Below, one piece after another: positions 1 to 9,507 of a stretch of DNA of 64,000 nt (within the stretch, counting starts at the first letter, position 1; every line of letters begins with the position of its first letter). The stretch comes from Bacilli bacterium. Lineage in GTDB: Bacteria; Bacillota_I; Bacilli_A; RFN20; DUOF01. The translations under genes and the position numbers were made by a program. The notes below the pieces were generated by a model. It had not been told where the DNA came from, did no database searches, and worked only from the letters and a program-made list of their open reading frames with translations. The DNA is taken from contig JBGVCT010000016.1 in NCBI GenBank assembly GCA_045118975.1, positions 96,569-160,568 on the forward strand, read 5' to 3'.

Positions 1-8
1 ATTTCTAT

Positions 9-37
9 TTGACAATATAAAAATAAGATGTTATAAA
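9..37 (+). promoter_or_regulatory. sigma-A promoter of the aspS T-box leader
   Basis: TTGACA (9-14), 17-bp spacer, TATAAA (32-37) preceded by TG (extended -10). Confidence 0.8.
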
Positions 38-44
38 TTAAGCA

Positions 45-300
45 TCGGCTGAGAATGGGAAGAGTAGTCTTGCAATGTATTGTAGAGAGTTAGCGGTTGG
101 TGAAAGCTAATATAATAGCAGGATAAAAGACACCCAGGAGCTACTTGCTTGAAATTATAGTAGAGTAAGTCGGGAATGAACCGTTACTTCATAGAGTGAT
201 TATATATAATTTTATACTTTAATATATAATAAATTGGGTGGTACCGCGGATTAAGAACAGTTATTCGTCCCTTTGTGGATAATATAACTGTTTTTTATTT
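45..300 (+). promoter_or_regulatory. T-box riboswitch, Asp specifier (GAC)
   Basis: Stem I with AGAGAG/GGTTGGTGAAA elements; specifier GAC at 129-131, followed by A and the closing CCCA; T-box AATTGGGTGGTACCGCG at ~232-248; terminator CAGTTA...TAACTG plus T-run; upstream of an aminoacyl-tRNA synthetase. Confidence 0.92.
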
Positions 301-330
301 TTATTATATATTGAATAGGGGGTATAAAGG

Positions 331-1644
331 ATGAAAGAGATATATTTTAAAAATCTAGAAGAATATATAGGAAAGGAGATTACTCTTGAGGGTTTTGTAG
401 ATACTATACGTAATTTACAATATGTACAATTTGTAGTATTAAGAGATAGTAGCGATAAGGTTCAAATTACTATAGAAAAAAATGATGATAATAAAGAATT
501 AAATGCTATAGTAAATGATTTAACTTGTGAGAGTACAATTAAAGTTAGTGGAGTATTAAATCGAAATGAGAAAGTAAAACTTAATGCTATGGAAATAATT
601 CCAAATAAAATAGTTGTAACTAGTAAAAGTTTAGAAGAATTACCTCTAAATTATAAAGATAGCAAGTCCGCACTATTGGATACTAGATTAAACTATAGAT
701 TTTTAGATTTAAGAAATGAAAAGAATTTACTTATGTTTAAAGTTCAAACTTGTTTTATTAATGCGATGAGAGAATATGTTGTAAGTAATAATTTTATTGA
801 AATTCATTCTCCAAAAATTATTGGTGCAGCTAGTGAATCGGGAGCAGATGTTTTTGAACTAGAGTATTTCGGTAATAAAGCATATTTGGCACAAAGTCCT
901 CAATTTTATAAGCAAATGGCAATGTGTAGTGGATTTGAAAAAGTATTTGAAATAGCTCCAGCATTTAGAGCAGAAAAATCAAATTCATATAGACATGCAA
1001 CAGAATTTACTTCATTTGATATTGAGATGAGTTATATTGAGTCTTTAGAAGAACTTATGAATTTTGAAGAAAATTTATTTATTGCAGGATTAAGTGCAGT
1101 TAAAGAAAAGTATGGGGAAGAGATAAAAAGAATATTTAATGTAGAGGTAATAATACCTTCAAAACCATTCCCTAGAATCAAATTAGAAGAACTATATAAG
1201 ATTCTTGAAAAAGAATATGGATTTGTAATGAATTATGAAGATGTTGGTGATATGAATGCTGAATCTGAAAAATTGGCTAGTAAATATGTAAAAGAAAAAT
1301 ATGGCCATGAATTTGTGTTTATTACTGATTTCAGTGCTAAAAAAAGAGCATTCTATCATAAAAGAGAAAACGGAATTCCTCAAGGGGCTGACCTTTTATG
1401 GAAGGGATGCGAGACTACAACATTAGCTTTAAGAGAGCATAGATATGATATTCTTTGTAACCAAGCTAGGGAAAAAGGATTAGGAAATGACGTTAAATTC
1501 TATTTAGAGTTCTTTAAGTATGGTTGTCCACCTCATGGGGGATTTGCTTTGGGTGTTGATAGAATAACTATGTTATTACTTGAAACAGGATCATTAAAAG
1601 AGACAATGTATTTATTTAGAGGGCCAAATCGTATAGAACCATAA
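331..1644 (+). CDS. aspS: Aspartyl-tRNA synthetase, short archaeal/non-discriminating type
   Basis: 437 aa; OB-fold N-terminus, YLAQSPQFYKQM, FRAE, RHATEFTSFD, motif 3 YGCPPHGGFALGVDR; no bacterial GAD insertion; T-box specifier is Asp. Confidence 0.88.
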   Translation: MKEIYFKNLEEYIGKEITLEGFVDTIRNLQYVQFVVLRDSSDKVQITIEKNDDNKELNAIVNDLTCESTIKVSGVLNRNEKVKLNAMEIIPNKIVVTSKSLEELPLNYKDSKSALLDTRLNYRFLDLRNEKNLLMFKVQTCFINAMREYVVSNNFIEIHSPKIIGAASESGADVFELEYFGNKAYLAQSPQFYKQMAMCSGFEKVFEIAPAFRAEKSNSYRHATEFTSFDIEMSYIESLEELMNFEENLFIAGLSAVKEKYGEEIKRIFNVEVIIPSKPFPRIKLEELYKILEKEYGFVMNYEDVGDMNAESEKLASKYVKEKYGHEFVFITDFSAKKRAFYHKRENGIPQGADLLWKGCETTTLALREHRYDILCNQAREKGLGNDVKFYLEFFKYGCPPHGGFALGVDRITMLLLETGSLKETMYLFRGPNRIEP

Positions 1645-1645
1645 A

Positions 1646-1677
1646 CAAAAAAGAAGCATTTGAGTGCTTCTTTTTTA
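1646..1677. terminator. Bidirectional intrinsic terminator
   Basis: A-run, AAGAAGCA/TGCTTCTT stem, T-run between convergent genes. Confidence 0.8.
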
Positions 1678-2046
1678 TCTTCCTTTATTTTTCGATAACC
1701 TACATCTAAAGTTACCTGCAAAGTTTTCATAGGCATGTTCCCAATCTTCCCCAGTAATTAATAACCTATCAATAAATAAAACAGGATTCTTACTATTTAG
1801 ATTTTCCATTATTTCATCTTTTGATAAAAAACCAGATCTTAGAAATCTAATTGTTTGAGTAAGGTAATCAATGCTATCATCTTTACAACATTTAGGTAAG
1901 TTTTCTAATTCTTTTCCAGTTATATTTAAATAATCTAAATAATACAAACTGGTATATTTTTCTTCTAAATATAATAGTAAACATATATCAGTTGCGTAAG
2001 TATTATTGTGTGTTAGTCTTTCTAAAACATCGCTTATATCATCCAT
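1675..2046 (-). CDS. Hypothetical protein
   Basis: 123-aa ORF with strong RBS AGGAGG upstream; ends at the shared terminator. Confidence 0.75.
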   Translation of the reverse strand: MDDISDVLERLTHNNTYATDICLLLYLEEKYTSLYYLDYLNITGKELENLPKCCKDDSIDYLTQTIRFLRSGFLSKDEIMENLNSKNPVLFIDRLLITGEDWEHAYENFAGNFRCRLSKNKGR

Positions 2047-2177
2047 TATCTTAAGTCCTCCTGTTATGTTAATAGTATTTTAACATGGCTATTTGAAAGT
2101 TTAAAGAATTATTTAATTGAGTAATAGACTAGTTAAGGCTAAAAAAGTTTGATAAAATCACATTAGGAAGTGATAAT

Positions 2178-2630
2178 ATGGAATACATTAAAATAGAAAA
2201 TGAGTTTGATTGTAAGTGTGCAGATAAATTACTTAATGAATTAATTAAGTATGAAAGCAATCTAGATGATGTAATTAATGGAGAGTGTATTATTAATGAT
2301 TTTCATAAAGATATGATAAAGCATTCTCATGTTTTTGCTTATTATGTTAAAGATAATGATGAGTGTATTGGTTATATTTTTGCTTATTTAAAAACTCCAT
2401 TAAATGATATTATCACTACTAATGTTGTCATGTTAGAATCTTTATTTGTAAAAGAAAAGTATAGAAAAAAAGGCCTAGGTAAACAATTAATTGAGATGCT
2501 TGAAGAATGGGCTAAAAGTAAATGGGATAAATATGTGGTTGAAATTGTCTGTTTAAGTGATAATAAAAATGCACTTAATTTTTATAAGAAATTAGGATAT
2601 GTTGAATCTAAAACAATACTAAGAAAATAG
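2178..2630 (+). CDS. GNAT family N-acetyltransferase
   Basis: Acetyl-CoA motif LFVKEKYRKKGLGKQL and NKNALNFYKKLGY. Confidence 0.88.
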   Translation: MEYIKIENEFDCKCADKLLNELIKYESNLDDVINGECIINDFHKDMIKHSHVFAYYVKDNDECIGYIFAYLKTPLNDIITTNVVMLESLFVKEKYRKKGLGKQLIEMLEEWAKSKWDKYVVEIVCLSDNKNALNFYKKLGYVESKTILRK

Positions 2631-2640
2631 GAATTACAAT

Positions 2641-3597
2641 ATGAAAAGAATTACATCAATATCAATATTTATTACATTAGTTATTGCTTCTTTTTTTAGT
2701 GTGATTAGCTTTATTCCTTTAAAAAAGGTTGTAGAGGAAAATATTTGGATAGAGGATTATACCCAAATTGCAGCTCATAGAGGTGGAGCTCATTTGAATC
2801 CAGAAAATACCAAAATGGCTTTTGATTATGTTATTAAAGAGACTACCTATACAGATATCATAGAGTTTGATTTAAGGTTAACAAAAGATAATATTTTAGT
2901 TATAAATCATGATGAGGATATAAATAGAATGGCGCTAGAAGAAAATGAAGAAAGTGTTATTATATCTAAACATAATTATAAAGATTTATTGGAATATAAT
3001 TTAGGTAGGAATTTTATGGATTTAAATGGGAAATATCCATATAAAAATTTAACCATAGATGATGCTAAAAATAGGGGACTTACCCTTATGAAATTAGAAG
3101 ATTTCTTTGAAGAGTATAATATGTTTAGAGACTTCAAATTATTTATAGAAATAAAAGAAGAAGGAGATAGGAGTAGAGAGATAGTAGATCATTTGATGAG
3201 TATGCTAGATGAATTTGAATGGTATAAAAATAGAAGTATGATTATTTCTTTTGATGATTCTTTGATTGATTATATGTGGGATAATTACATGGATCAATAT
3301 ATAGGAGCACTTGGTAATAAAGTGTTTGCACAAATTGCTTTTACAAAGTTAGGGTTAGCCCAACTTTATAATCCTAAGTATCATAGTATACAAGTGCCAT
3401 TTAATGAAAAAGCTAAAAAGGTTCCTATTAATTGGATTGATAAAAGGTTAATAGATTATTGCACAAGGCAAAATCAATTAGTTGTATATTGGGGCAGTGA
3501 TGATGTAAATGAAATGACAATAATGATAGAGGCAGGTGTGCATGTTATTACTACTGATAGGCCAGATGTATTATCTGAATTAATTCACAAAAAATGA
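2641..3597 (+). CDS. Glycerophosphodiester phosphodiesterase, N-terminally anchored
   Basis: AAHRGG, ENT, IEFDLRLTKD, HD, IEIK, ITTDRP motifs; hydrophobic N-terminus. Confidence 0.88.
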   Translation: MKRITSISIFITLVIASFFSVISFIPLKKVVEENIWIEDYTQIAAHRGGAHLNPENTKMAFDYVIKETTYTDIIEFDLRLTKDNILVINHDEDINRMALEENEESVIISKHNYKDLLEYNLGRNFMDLNGKYPYKNLTIDDAKNRGLTLMKLEDFFEEYNMFRDFKLFIEIKEEGDRSREIVDHLMSMLDEFEWYKNRSMIISFDDSLIDYMWDNYMDQYIGALGNKVFAQIAFTKLGLAQLYNPKYHSIQVPFNEKAKKVPINWIDKRLIDYCTRQNQLVVYWGSDDVNEMTIMIEAGVHVITTDRPDVLSELIHKK

Positions 3598-3658
3598 TAT
3601 ATCTTGACATTGTTGTATTGAGATGTAAAAATAAATTTAGTTATTAGAGGTGAAAAAA

Positions 3659-4027
3659 ATGAAATTTTGTACTCATTGTGGTAATCAATTATTAGATGAA
3701 GCAGTAATTTGTCCTAAATGTGGGTGTGCAGTGGATAGTGATAGTAGAGATGCTTTTAATTCTACTCCTAGAAGTGGGGGAGCATCTGAGGGAATGGTAA
3801 AAGCTACTAAGGCGCTTCTAATTGTGGCTTGTATCTTTAGTATATTCTCTTATTTTATTCCACTTATTTGGTGCATTCCTATGACGGTTTCTTATTATAG
3901 GAAGAAAGAAAATGGTGAGCCTATATCTCCAACGTTCAAAATTTGCACATTGCTATTTGTATCTACTCTTGCAGGAATATTAATGCTTTTTGATAATGAG
4001 CAAGGAAATAATAGTAATAATTATTAA
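3659..4027 (+). CDS. Zinc-ribbon domain membrane protein
   Basis: FCTHCG...CPKCG ribbon followed by TM segments; ATG 3659 follows RBS GAGGTG. Confidence 0.8.
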   Translation: MKFCTHCGNQLLDEAVICPKCGCAVDSDSRDAFNSTPRSGGASEGMVKATKALLIVACIFSIFSYFIPLIWCIPMTVSYYRKKENGEPISPTFKICTLLFVSTLAGILMLFDNEQGNNSNNY

Positions 4028-4133
4028 ATAAGAAAAAAGAGTCTAATATTGATTATTAGGCTCTTTTATTTATGTTATATTAATAAGTATTACTAATACG
4101 ATGTAGAGGTAATATAGACAGAGAGGTAATTTG

Positions 4134-5099
4134 ATGAAAAATATAACTGTTATAGGATGTGGTAGATGGGGTAGTTTTATTGCATATTATTTGGACTTAA
4201 TTGGTAAGAATGTTACTTTGTATGGTAGAAGTACATCTAAAGATTTTAATAATTTTAAAGAAACAAGAACTAATGAAAAATTGGTTTTAAAAGAAAGTGT
4301 TAAATTGAATTGTGATTTGCAAACTGTTTTAGAAAATGATGTAATAGTTATCTCTATTAACTCACAAGGATTAAGAAAGTTAATGAGTGAAATAAAATCT
4401 TTAAATTTAAAAAACAAAACATATATTTTATGTATGAAGGGAATAGAAATTGAAACAGGTAAGAGACTTAGTGAAGTGGTGGAAGAATTTATAGATGAAA
4501 CTTCTAGAGTGGCTGTTTGGATTGGTCCAGGTCATGTCGAAGAGTTTGTTAAGGGTGTTCCAAATTGTATGGTTATAGATTCTAAAGATAACGATACAAA
4601 AGAAATGCTAGTAAAAGAGTTTTCTAGTAATCTTATAAGATTTTATTATGGTAGTGATTTGATTGGCAATGAAATAGGTGCTGCAAGTAAAAATGTAATT
4701 GGAATAGCTGCAGGGATGTTAGATGGGTATGGATTGTCTTCGCTTAAAGGTGCACTTATGTCTAGAGGAACAATAGAAATATCTAGATTTATTAAGGCTT
4801 TGGGAGGAAATGAAATATCTGCCTATGGACTATGCCATTTAGGAGATTATGAGGCTACAGTATTTAGCAAATATAGTCATAACAGAATGTTTGGAGAACT
4901 TTATGTAAAAGGGGAAGAATATTCTAGTTTAGCTGAGGGTTATTATACTGTAAAAGCAATGATAAATATTGCTAAAGAAAAAGGTATAGAAATACCTATA
5001 TGTGAGACTGTATATAACATTTTATATAATAAAAAGGACCCAAAAGAGGAACTTGATAAGTTATTTTTAAGAAGTATTAAAAAAGAATTTATATTTTAA
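4134..5099 (+). CDS. gpsA: NAD(P)H-dependent glycerol-3-phosphate dehydrogenase
   Basis: GCGRWG Rossmann motif, MKGIE, GPGH, GAASKNVIGIAAG, GDYEAT, SHNRMFG, EGYYT. Confidence 0.9.
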   Translation: MKNITVIGCGRWGSFIAYYLDLIGKNVTLYGRSTSKDFNNFKETRTNEKLVLKESVKLNCDLQTVLENDVIVISINSQGLRKLMSEIKSLNLKNKTYILCMKGIEIETGKRLSEVVEEFIDETSRVAVWIGPGHVEEFVKGVPNCMVIDSKDNDTKEMLVKEFSSNLIRFYYGSDLIGNEIGAASKNVIGIAAGMLDGYGLSSLKGALMSRGTIEISRFIKALGGNEISAYGLCHLGDYEATVFSKYSHNRMFGELYVKGEEYSSLAEGYYTVKAMINIAKEKGIEIPICETVYNILYNKKDPKEELDKLFLRSIKKEFIF

Positions 5100-5102
5100 A
5101 AT

Positions 5103-5136
5103 AAAAAAAGAGCAGATTTACTGCTCCTTTTTTTTA
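5103..5136. terminator. Bidirectional intrinsic terminator
   Basis: A-run, AGCAG/CTGCT stem, T-run between convergent genes. Confidence 0.75.
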
Positions 5137-5613
5137 TTCAAATACTACTGTGTTTGCCCAACTTATGAATTTATCATGATATTTGTTAGATAAGTTTTCA
5201 AAACAATAGAATTGGATTAGCCAGAATGCATTATCACTTGCATGAAGTGTAACCATGTAATAGAACTCAGTTCCATCTACATCAGCTGTATAAGTGTAAT
5301 AAGCGTATTTTCCATTTTCGCTTTCTTGGATGTCATAATCAGTACCTTCCATTAGTTGAACAAGTTCTAGATATTCAACTTTAGTTACAGTATCAGAATC
5401 AAAGCCTTCTTCAAAGTCTTCATGAGACACGATCATTGCAGAACGATTATTTTGAATGCAATAATCAAAACCTGCATATGAGAATTCTCTATAACCCATA
5501 GGCATTTCTATATGCATTTCTCCATATGAATAAGTTTTAGCAAAACAACCTGAAATTGTAACAGTTAATGCTAGTAAAATAGTAAGTAAAATTCCTTTTA
5601 ATCCTTTTTTCAT
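5134..5613 (-). CDS. Putative lipoprotein
   Basis: ATG 5613 after RBS AGGAG; MKK + hydrophobic stretch + ISGC lipobox. Confidence 0.72.
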   Translation of the reverse strand: MKKGLKGILLTILLALTVTISGCFAKTYSYGEMHIEMPMGYREFSYAGFDYCIQNNRSAMIVSHEDFEEGFDSDTVTKVEYLELVQLMEGTDYDIQESENGKYAYYTYTADVDGTEFYYMVTLHASDNAFWLIQFYCFENLSNKYHDKFISWANTVVFE

Positions 5614-5711
5614 AAATACACCACTCCTTGAGGCTAGTATAGTTAATATAATTAATTTAGTCAATATTTATTTTTTTTCTTTGTTTGTGTATCATTTTAT
5701 TGGTGATGTAA

Positions 5712-6185
5712 ATGGAATTTTTATTTTTAATTATAGGTGCAATTATTATGACCTGCTTTACAATGAGAGAGGATATTATGTATAGTACAAGATTGGCTCC
5801 ATTGGTAAGATGGACATTACTTTCAATTTCTTTAATAATGTTAATATCGCTTCCAATATGTGCAATATCATTTGCCTATACTTGCTTTAGCGAATCTATA
5901 AATGATGCTGGTTATGTTGTTGGGGCGTTATGTATAGTTGTTGCAATATCTGATATTATATATTTCATTAGATTTGTTATAAAAATGATTGGGGCAAGGA
6001 AGGTAAGAGAACACTTAATCGATGAAGAAAATAATCCTAACTCGTTATATAATGCTTTTAGAAGTAAACAAGAGACTCAAGAAAATCAAAATGATCGTGG
6101 GAGAATAGTTGTTAGGGTTGTGGGAATATTTGTTCTTATATGTATATTGGCTGCTTATGTTTTAATGTCTATCTATATTTGGTAA
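5712..6185 (+). CDS. Hypothetical membrane protein
   Basis: 157 aa with about four hydrophobic segments. Confidence 0.7.
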   Translation: MEFLFLIIGAIIMTCFTMREDIMYSTRLAPLVRWTLLSISLIMLISLPICAISFAYTCFSESINDAGYVVGALCIVVAISDIIYFIRFVIKMIGARKVREHLIDEENNPNSLYNAFRSKQETQENQNDRGRIVVRVVGIFVLICILAAYVLMSIYIW

Positions 6186-6205
6186 GTTAAAACAAAAGAT
6201 AAAAT

Positions 6206-6236
6206 AAAAAAGGTTAGATTTTTCTAACCTTTTTTT
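6206..6236. terminator. Bidirectional intrinsic terminator
   Basis: AAAAAGGTTAGA/TCTAACCTTTTT palindrome between convergent genes. Confidence 0.8.
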
Positions 6237-6880
6237 ACTGATGTATTTTTCTTTTCTTTTCCCTCGACAAGTAAATCTCTAGGATCCTCTAGTGGGTAAT
6301 CTAATTTTGACTTTACTGCTTTGATTACTTTCATGGCTTCATCATATGAATGCTCTTCTTCATTTATTAAACCTTTACGAACTGGTGCCTTATATACTTG
6401 TATATCTTTTTTAGATATTTTCTTCCCCTTAGTTATTTTTAATTTTGACTCAATAACTTTGTCTACAAGAGCATATTGTAATGGTGCATCTTCATCTAAT
6501 GAGTTTTGAACTGGTTGAAGAATAGTATCTCTATCATATAAAGTTAACTCTACTGATTTTCTATCCGCGGATAACTTATAAGTGACAACTATTTCACCAC
6601 TTTGAGTACCTCTTACTGATTCATGGAATACTCTAGCAAATGTATTGTAATTTAATTGCACAGGGTTTGTAACAGGTGGGCGTAGTGCATCATATGTTTC
6701 ATGCCCTGATTCATAATCTGGGAATATGTGATATAAGATGTCATATTTTAAGCATTTAATAATAGCTTCTTTATAATTCTCTAAGTTATTTGAATCTTCT
6801 CTTAAAAAGAAATATCTAAATGGTGTTTCTCCTTCAAAGCCATAAGATTCATAGAATGGTAATTCTCTAGTTTTTTGCAT
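6224..6880 (-). CDS. Hypothetical protein
   Basis: 218-aa ORF with RBS AGGAG; no recognised motif. Confidence 0.72.
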   Translation of the reverse strand: MQKTRELPFYESYGFEGETPFRYFFLREDSNNLENYKEAIIKCLKYDILYHIFPDYESGHETYDALRPPVTNPVQLNYNTFARVFHESVRGTQSGEIVVTYKLSADRKSVELTLYDRDTILQPVQNSLDEDAPLQYALVDKVIESKLKITKGKKISKKDIQVYKAPVRKGLINEEEHSYDEAMKVIKAVKSKLDYPLEDPRDLLVEGKEKKNTSVKKG

Positions 6881-7122
6881 AATAAATCAACTCCTATTTA
6901 ATTTAATAATACAATAAGAAATAGTAATTTGCAAATTTAGATATTAAAAAGTTATGATGTGTAGAAATAGGGATGGAATAGATGATTATAAAAAAAGATT
7001 ATCCATACTTATTTCAATAGATTAAATAAGGTTGTTTATTCCTTTTTTTGTTGTTATTAACTCTTAATAATTATATGAAGTGAAGTGTTGTTGTGTTATA
7101 ATGAAGTTGTGGAGTGATATAT

Positions 7123-7740
7123 ATGAAGTTAGTAAACATTAGACAATTAACAAATCAAAAATATTTGAATATGTTTGAAGTTGAGTATGAGCATGAAGGA
7201 CATAGTGTGAAGTGGACTTTTTCATCAAGAAACTCTATTGATGAACTTATTTGTAAAACTGGAGGAAAGAAAGCAGATACAGTATGTATAATTCCTAAAG
7301 TTATAGTGGATGGTAAAGAGTATATTGTTATGACAAAAGAATTTAGACAACCTATTAATGATTATATTTATTCTTTCCCTGCTGGTCTTGTAGAGGAGGG
7401 AGAAGATCCAATTGAGTGCTGTGCTAGAGAGTTAAAAGAGGAAATAGGAGCAGATGAAATTGGGGAAGTTAATGCTTTAACTGAGGTTTGTTATAATAGT
7501 GAAGGTATGACTGATGAAAGTGTTATTATATATGAGGTTGTTGTTACAAAGATTGGAAAACAAGATTTACAAGACCATGAAGATATAAAAACATTCTTTG
7601 TTCCAGTTGAAGATTTAGAAGACTTTATAAGAGGAAAAAGAGTTAGTACAAAAGCTGGTATATATTGTCCGATGATTGTTAGACAACACAAACTAGAACA
7701 AGAATTAAAGAATAAAAACAAAAACAATAATCGTAGATAA
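7123..7740 (+). CDS. NUDIX hydrolase (ADP-ribose pyrophosphatase-like)
   Basis: Nudix box PAGLVEEGEDPIECCARELKEEIG; upstream EFRQP. Confidence 0.88.
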   Translation: MKLVNIRQLTNQKYLNMFEVEYEHEGHSVKWTFSSRNSIDELICKTGGKKADTVCIIPKVIVDGKEYIVMTKEFRQPINDYIYSFPAGLVEEGEDPIECCARELKEEIGADEIGEVNALTEVCYNSEGMTDESVIIYEVVVTKIGKQDLQDHEDIKTFFVPVEDLEDFIRGKRVSTKAGIYCPMIVRQHKLEQELKNKNKNNNRR

Positions 7741-7744
7741 AAAT

Positions 7745-7771
7745 AAAAAAATGGGTTTTGCCCATTTTTTA
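7745..7771. terminator. Bidirectional intrinsic terminator
   Basis: AAAAAATGGG/CCCATTTTTT palindrome. Confidence 0.75.
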
Positions 7772-8155
7772 TTTTATGTTTTCAATAGCACTAAGTATTT
7801 TTTCTTCCTCATATTTATCTTTGAAAGTTTTATCATCTATTTCTATGATTGCTTTATCTACTTCGATGAATCTTTCAAGTAATTTACCCATTAGTTGTAA
7901 AGGTATATAACAACCACCAATTATTCCTGTATTTTTATTTATTTGATTACCTTTTTCATCTATAAAATATGGAATTAAGTGATTTTTATTACCTGAAGGA
8001 GGTCCATAATAAGGAACTAATATTTCATCGAATAGCCTAAATATTGATTCATGGCTATCTTTACTTGGATATGTGAATTCAATATAAATTCGTTCTCCCA
8101 TGTTAATAAAGGGACCTCTTTTCATTTTTATTATAATTCTATTTTCATTGTTCAT
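7769..8155 (-). CDS. Hypothetical protein
   Basis: 128-aa ORF with RBS GGGAG. Confidence 0.7.
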   Translation of the reverse strand: MNNENRIIIKMKRGPFINMGERIYIEFTYPSKDSHESIFRLFDEILVPYYGPPSGNKNHLIPYFIDEKGNQINKNTGIIGGCYIPLQLMGKLLERFIEVDKAIIEIDDKTFKDKYEEEKILSAIENIK

Positions 8156-8254
8156 AATTTCAACTCCCTAATTAATGCTATCATAAAAGATTAAAACTAA
8201 AATAAATATGGGGACTTTTTTAGACTATTATTTTAAAACTGGTATAATCAAAGT

Positions 8255-8875
8255 ATGAAAAGTTATGTTAGGGTATTTAAAAATAGAGAAGATATTACTT
8301 TTAATAAAAAGGAAGGTAATATATTTTTTGTTACAGGTTTATCTGGTAGTGGTAAAAGTTATTATTCAAAAATGTTAGCTAAAGAGTTGGATGCTAAAAT
8401 ATTCCAAGTTGAATGGTTGATTCATTATAAACATTGTGATGAAGAGTTTAAAAAATTTCTTGATGATTTTATAGAAAAATATGATATAAATGAGTATGTT
8501 TTAAATAAATGGAATAATGTAAAAAAAGAGGATGATAATGAACTTTTAAAAAAGTATATGAACTTACTTTTAAAGGAGTTTATTGATATTTATAAAGATG
8601 GAGTATACATTATTGAAGGATTACAATTGTTTACACTTATTGATGTTGATTTGATAAAAAATTATTTTATTCTTATAAAGGGGACTGGTAGCATTACTAG
8701 TTTAAAAAACAGAGTGAAAAGAGATTATCAAAAAAGAAAAGATTATAAGTTTATAGATAAAGTAAAATGGTTTATAAAAGTGATAAAGCAAAGCAGTCTT
8801 TATCAATTTAAACATCGAAGGAAATTAAATGATTTTATTGGAGAATTAATAAAAATCAAGGATGCCAAAAGTTGA
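8255..8875 (+). CDS. P-loop NTPase, nucleoside/nucleotide-kinase-like
   Basis: Walker A VTGLSGSGKS near the N-terminus; YIIEG Walker-B-like strand. Confidence 0.7.
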   Translation: MKSYVRVFKNREDITFNKKEGNIFFVTGLSGSGKSYYSKMLAKELDAKIFQVEWLIHYKHCDEEFKKFLDDFIEKYDINEYVLNKWNNVKKEDDNELLKKYMNLLLKEFIDIYKDGVYIIEGLQLFTLIDVDLIKNYFILIKGTGSITSLKNRVKRDYQKRKDYKFIDKVKWFIKVIKQSSLYQFKHRRKLNDFIGELIKIKDAKS

Positions 8876-9024
8876 AAAAATTAACATAAAAATTATTATT
8901 TGTAATAAAAAAATAGATAAATAATGTAAAAAATACATAAAAAAATGCAATTTATATAAAAAAATGTATTATTGAATATATTATTTGTTATAATTAGTCA
9001 TAGTTATAAAGGAGTGTGTATGAT

Positions 9025-9507
9025 ATGAAATTTTGTCAACATTGTGGAGCTCAACTAAGTGAAGGAACTAGATTCTGTGAATCATGTGGAGCAAGAGTAG
9101 AGGAAGAAACTTCAATTGAGGTAAATAGTTCTACTGGTGGAAATTATAATGGGCCTATGAACACTACTGGTATTAGTAAAAGAAATATTGTTGTAGCAAT
9201 TATCTTATCTATTATTACTTGTGGAATTTATAATATCTATTGGATGATTAAACTAAATAATGAATTACTTCAAATGTCTGGTAAAGAAGGTCCTAGTGGT
9301 GGAATGGTATTCTTCTTAAGTCTTATTACATGTGGTATTTATACTTATGTATGGTATTGGAAAATGGGAGATTGCGTAGATACAATCAACGATAAAAAAT
9401 CAGATTTATCTACAAGTGTTATTTTCATATTATTAGCTGTATTTGGCTTTGGATTTGTAAACTATATCCTAGCACAAAATGCAATTAATGAACATGTTAG
9501 CGAATAA
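9025..9507 (+). CDS. Zinc-ribbon + DUF4234-like membrane protein
   Basis: FCQHCG...FCESCG; duplicated LSIITCGIY.YW.K / LSLITCGIY.YW.K repeats. Confidence 0.8.
   Translation: MKFCQHCGAQLSEGTRFCESCGARVEEETSIEVNSSTGGNYNGPMNTTGISKRNIVVAIILSIITCGIYNIYWMIKLNNELLQMSGKEGPSGGMVFFLSLITCGIYTYVWYWKMGDCVDTINDKKSDLSTSVIFILLAVFGFGFVNYILAQNAINEHVSE

Noticed and set aside
2641-3597. Genetic code 4 (TGA=Trp) as in Mycoplasma
   Set aside because: ORFs such as this GDPD end cleanly at TGA, Trp is encoded by TGG, and the tRNA-Trp anticodon is CCA
6950-7030. Tiny ORFs (12-23 aa) in the intergenic region before the NUDIX gene
   Set aside because: No convincing RBS or compositional signal; expected by chance
6880-8175. 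Shared TAGG(G)AGTTG motif before ORFans 6224, 7769 and 51870
   Set aside because: Simply a one-mismatch variant of the Shine-Dalgarno GGAGGTGA
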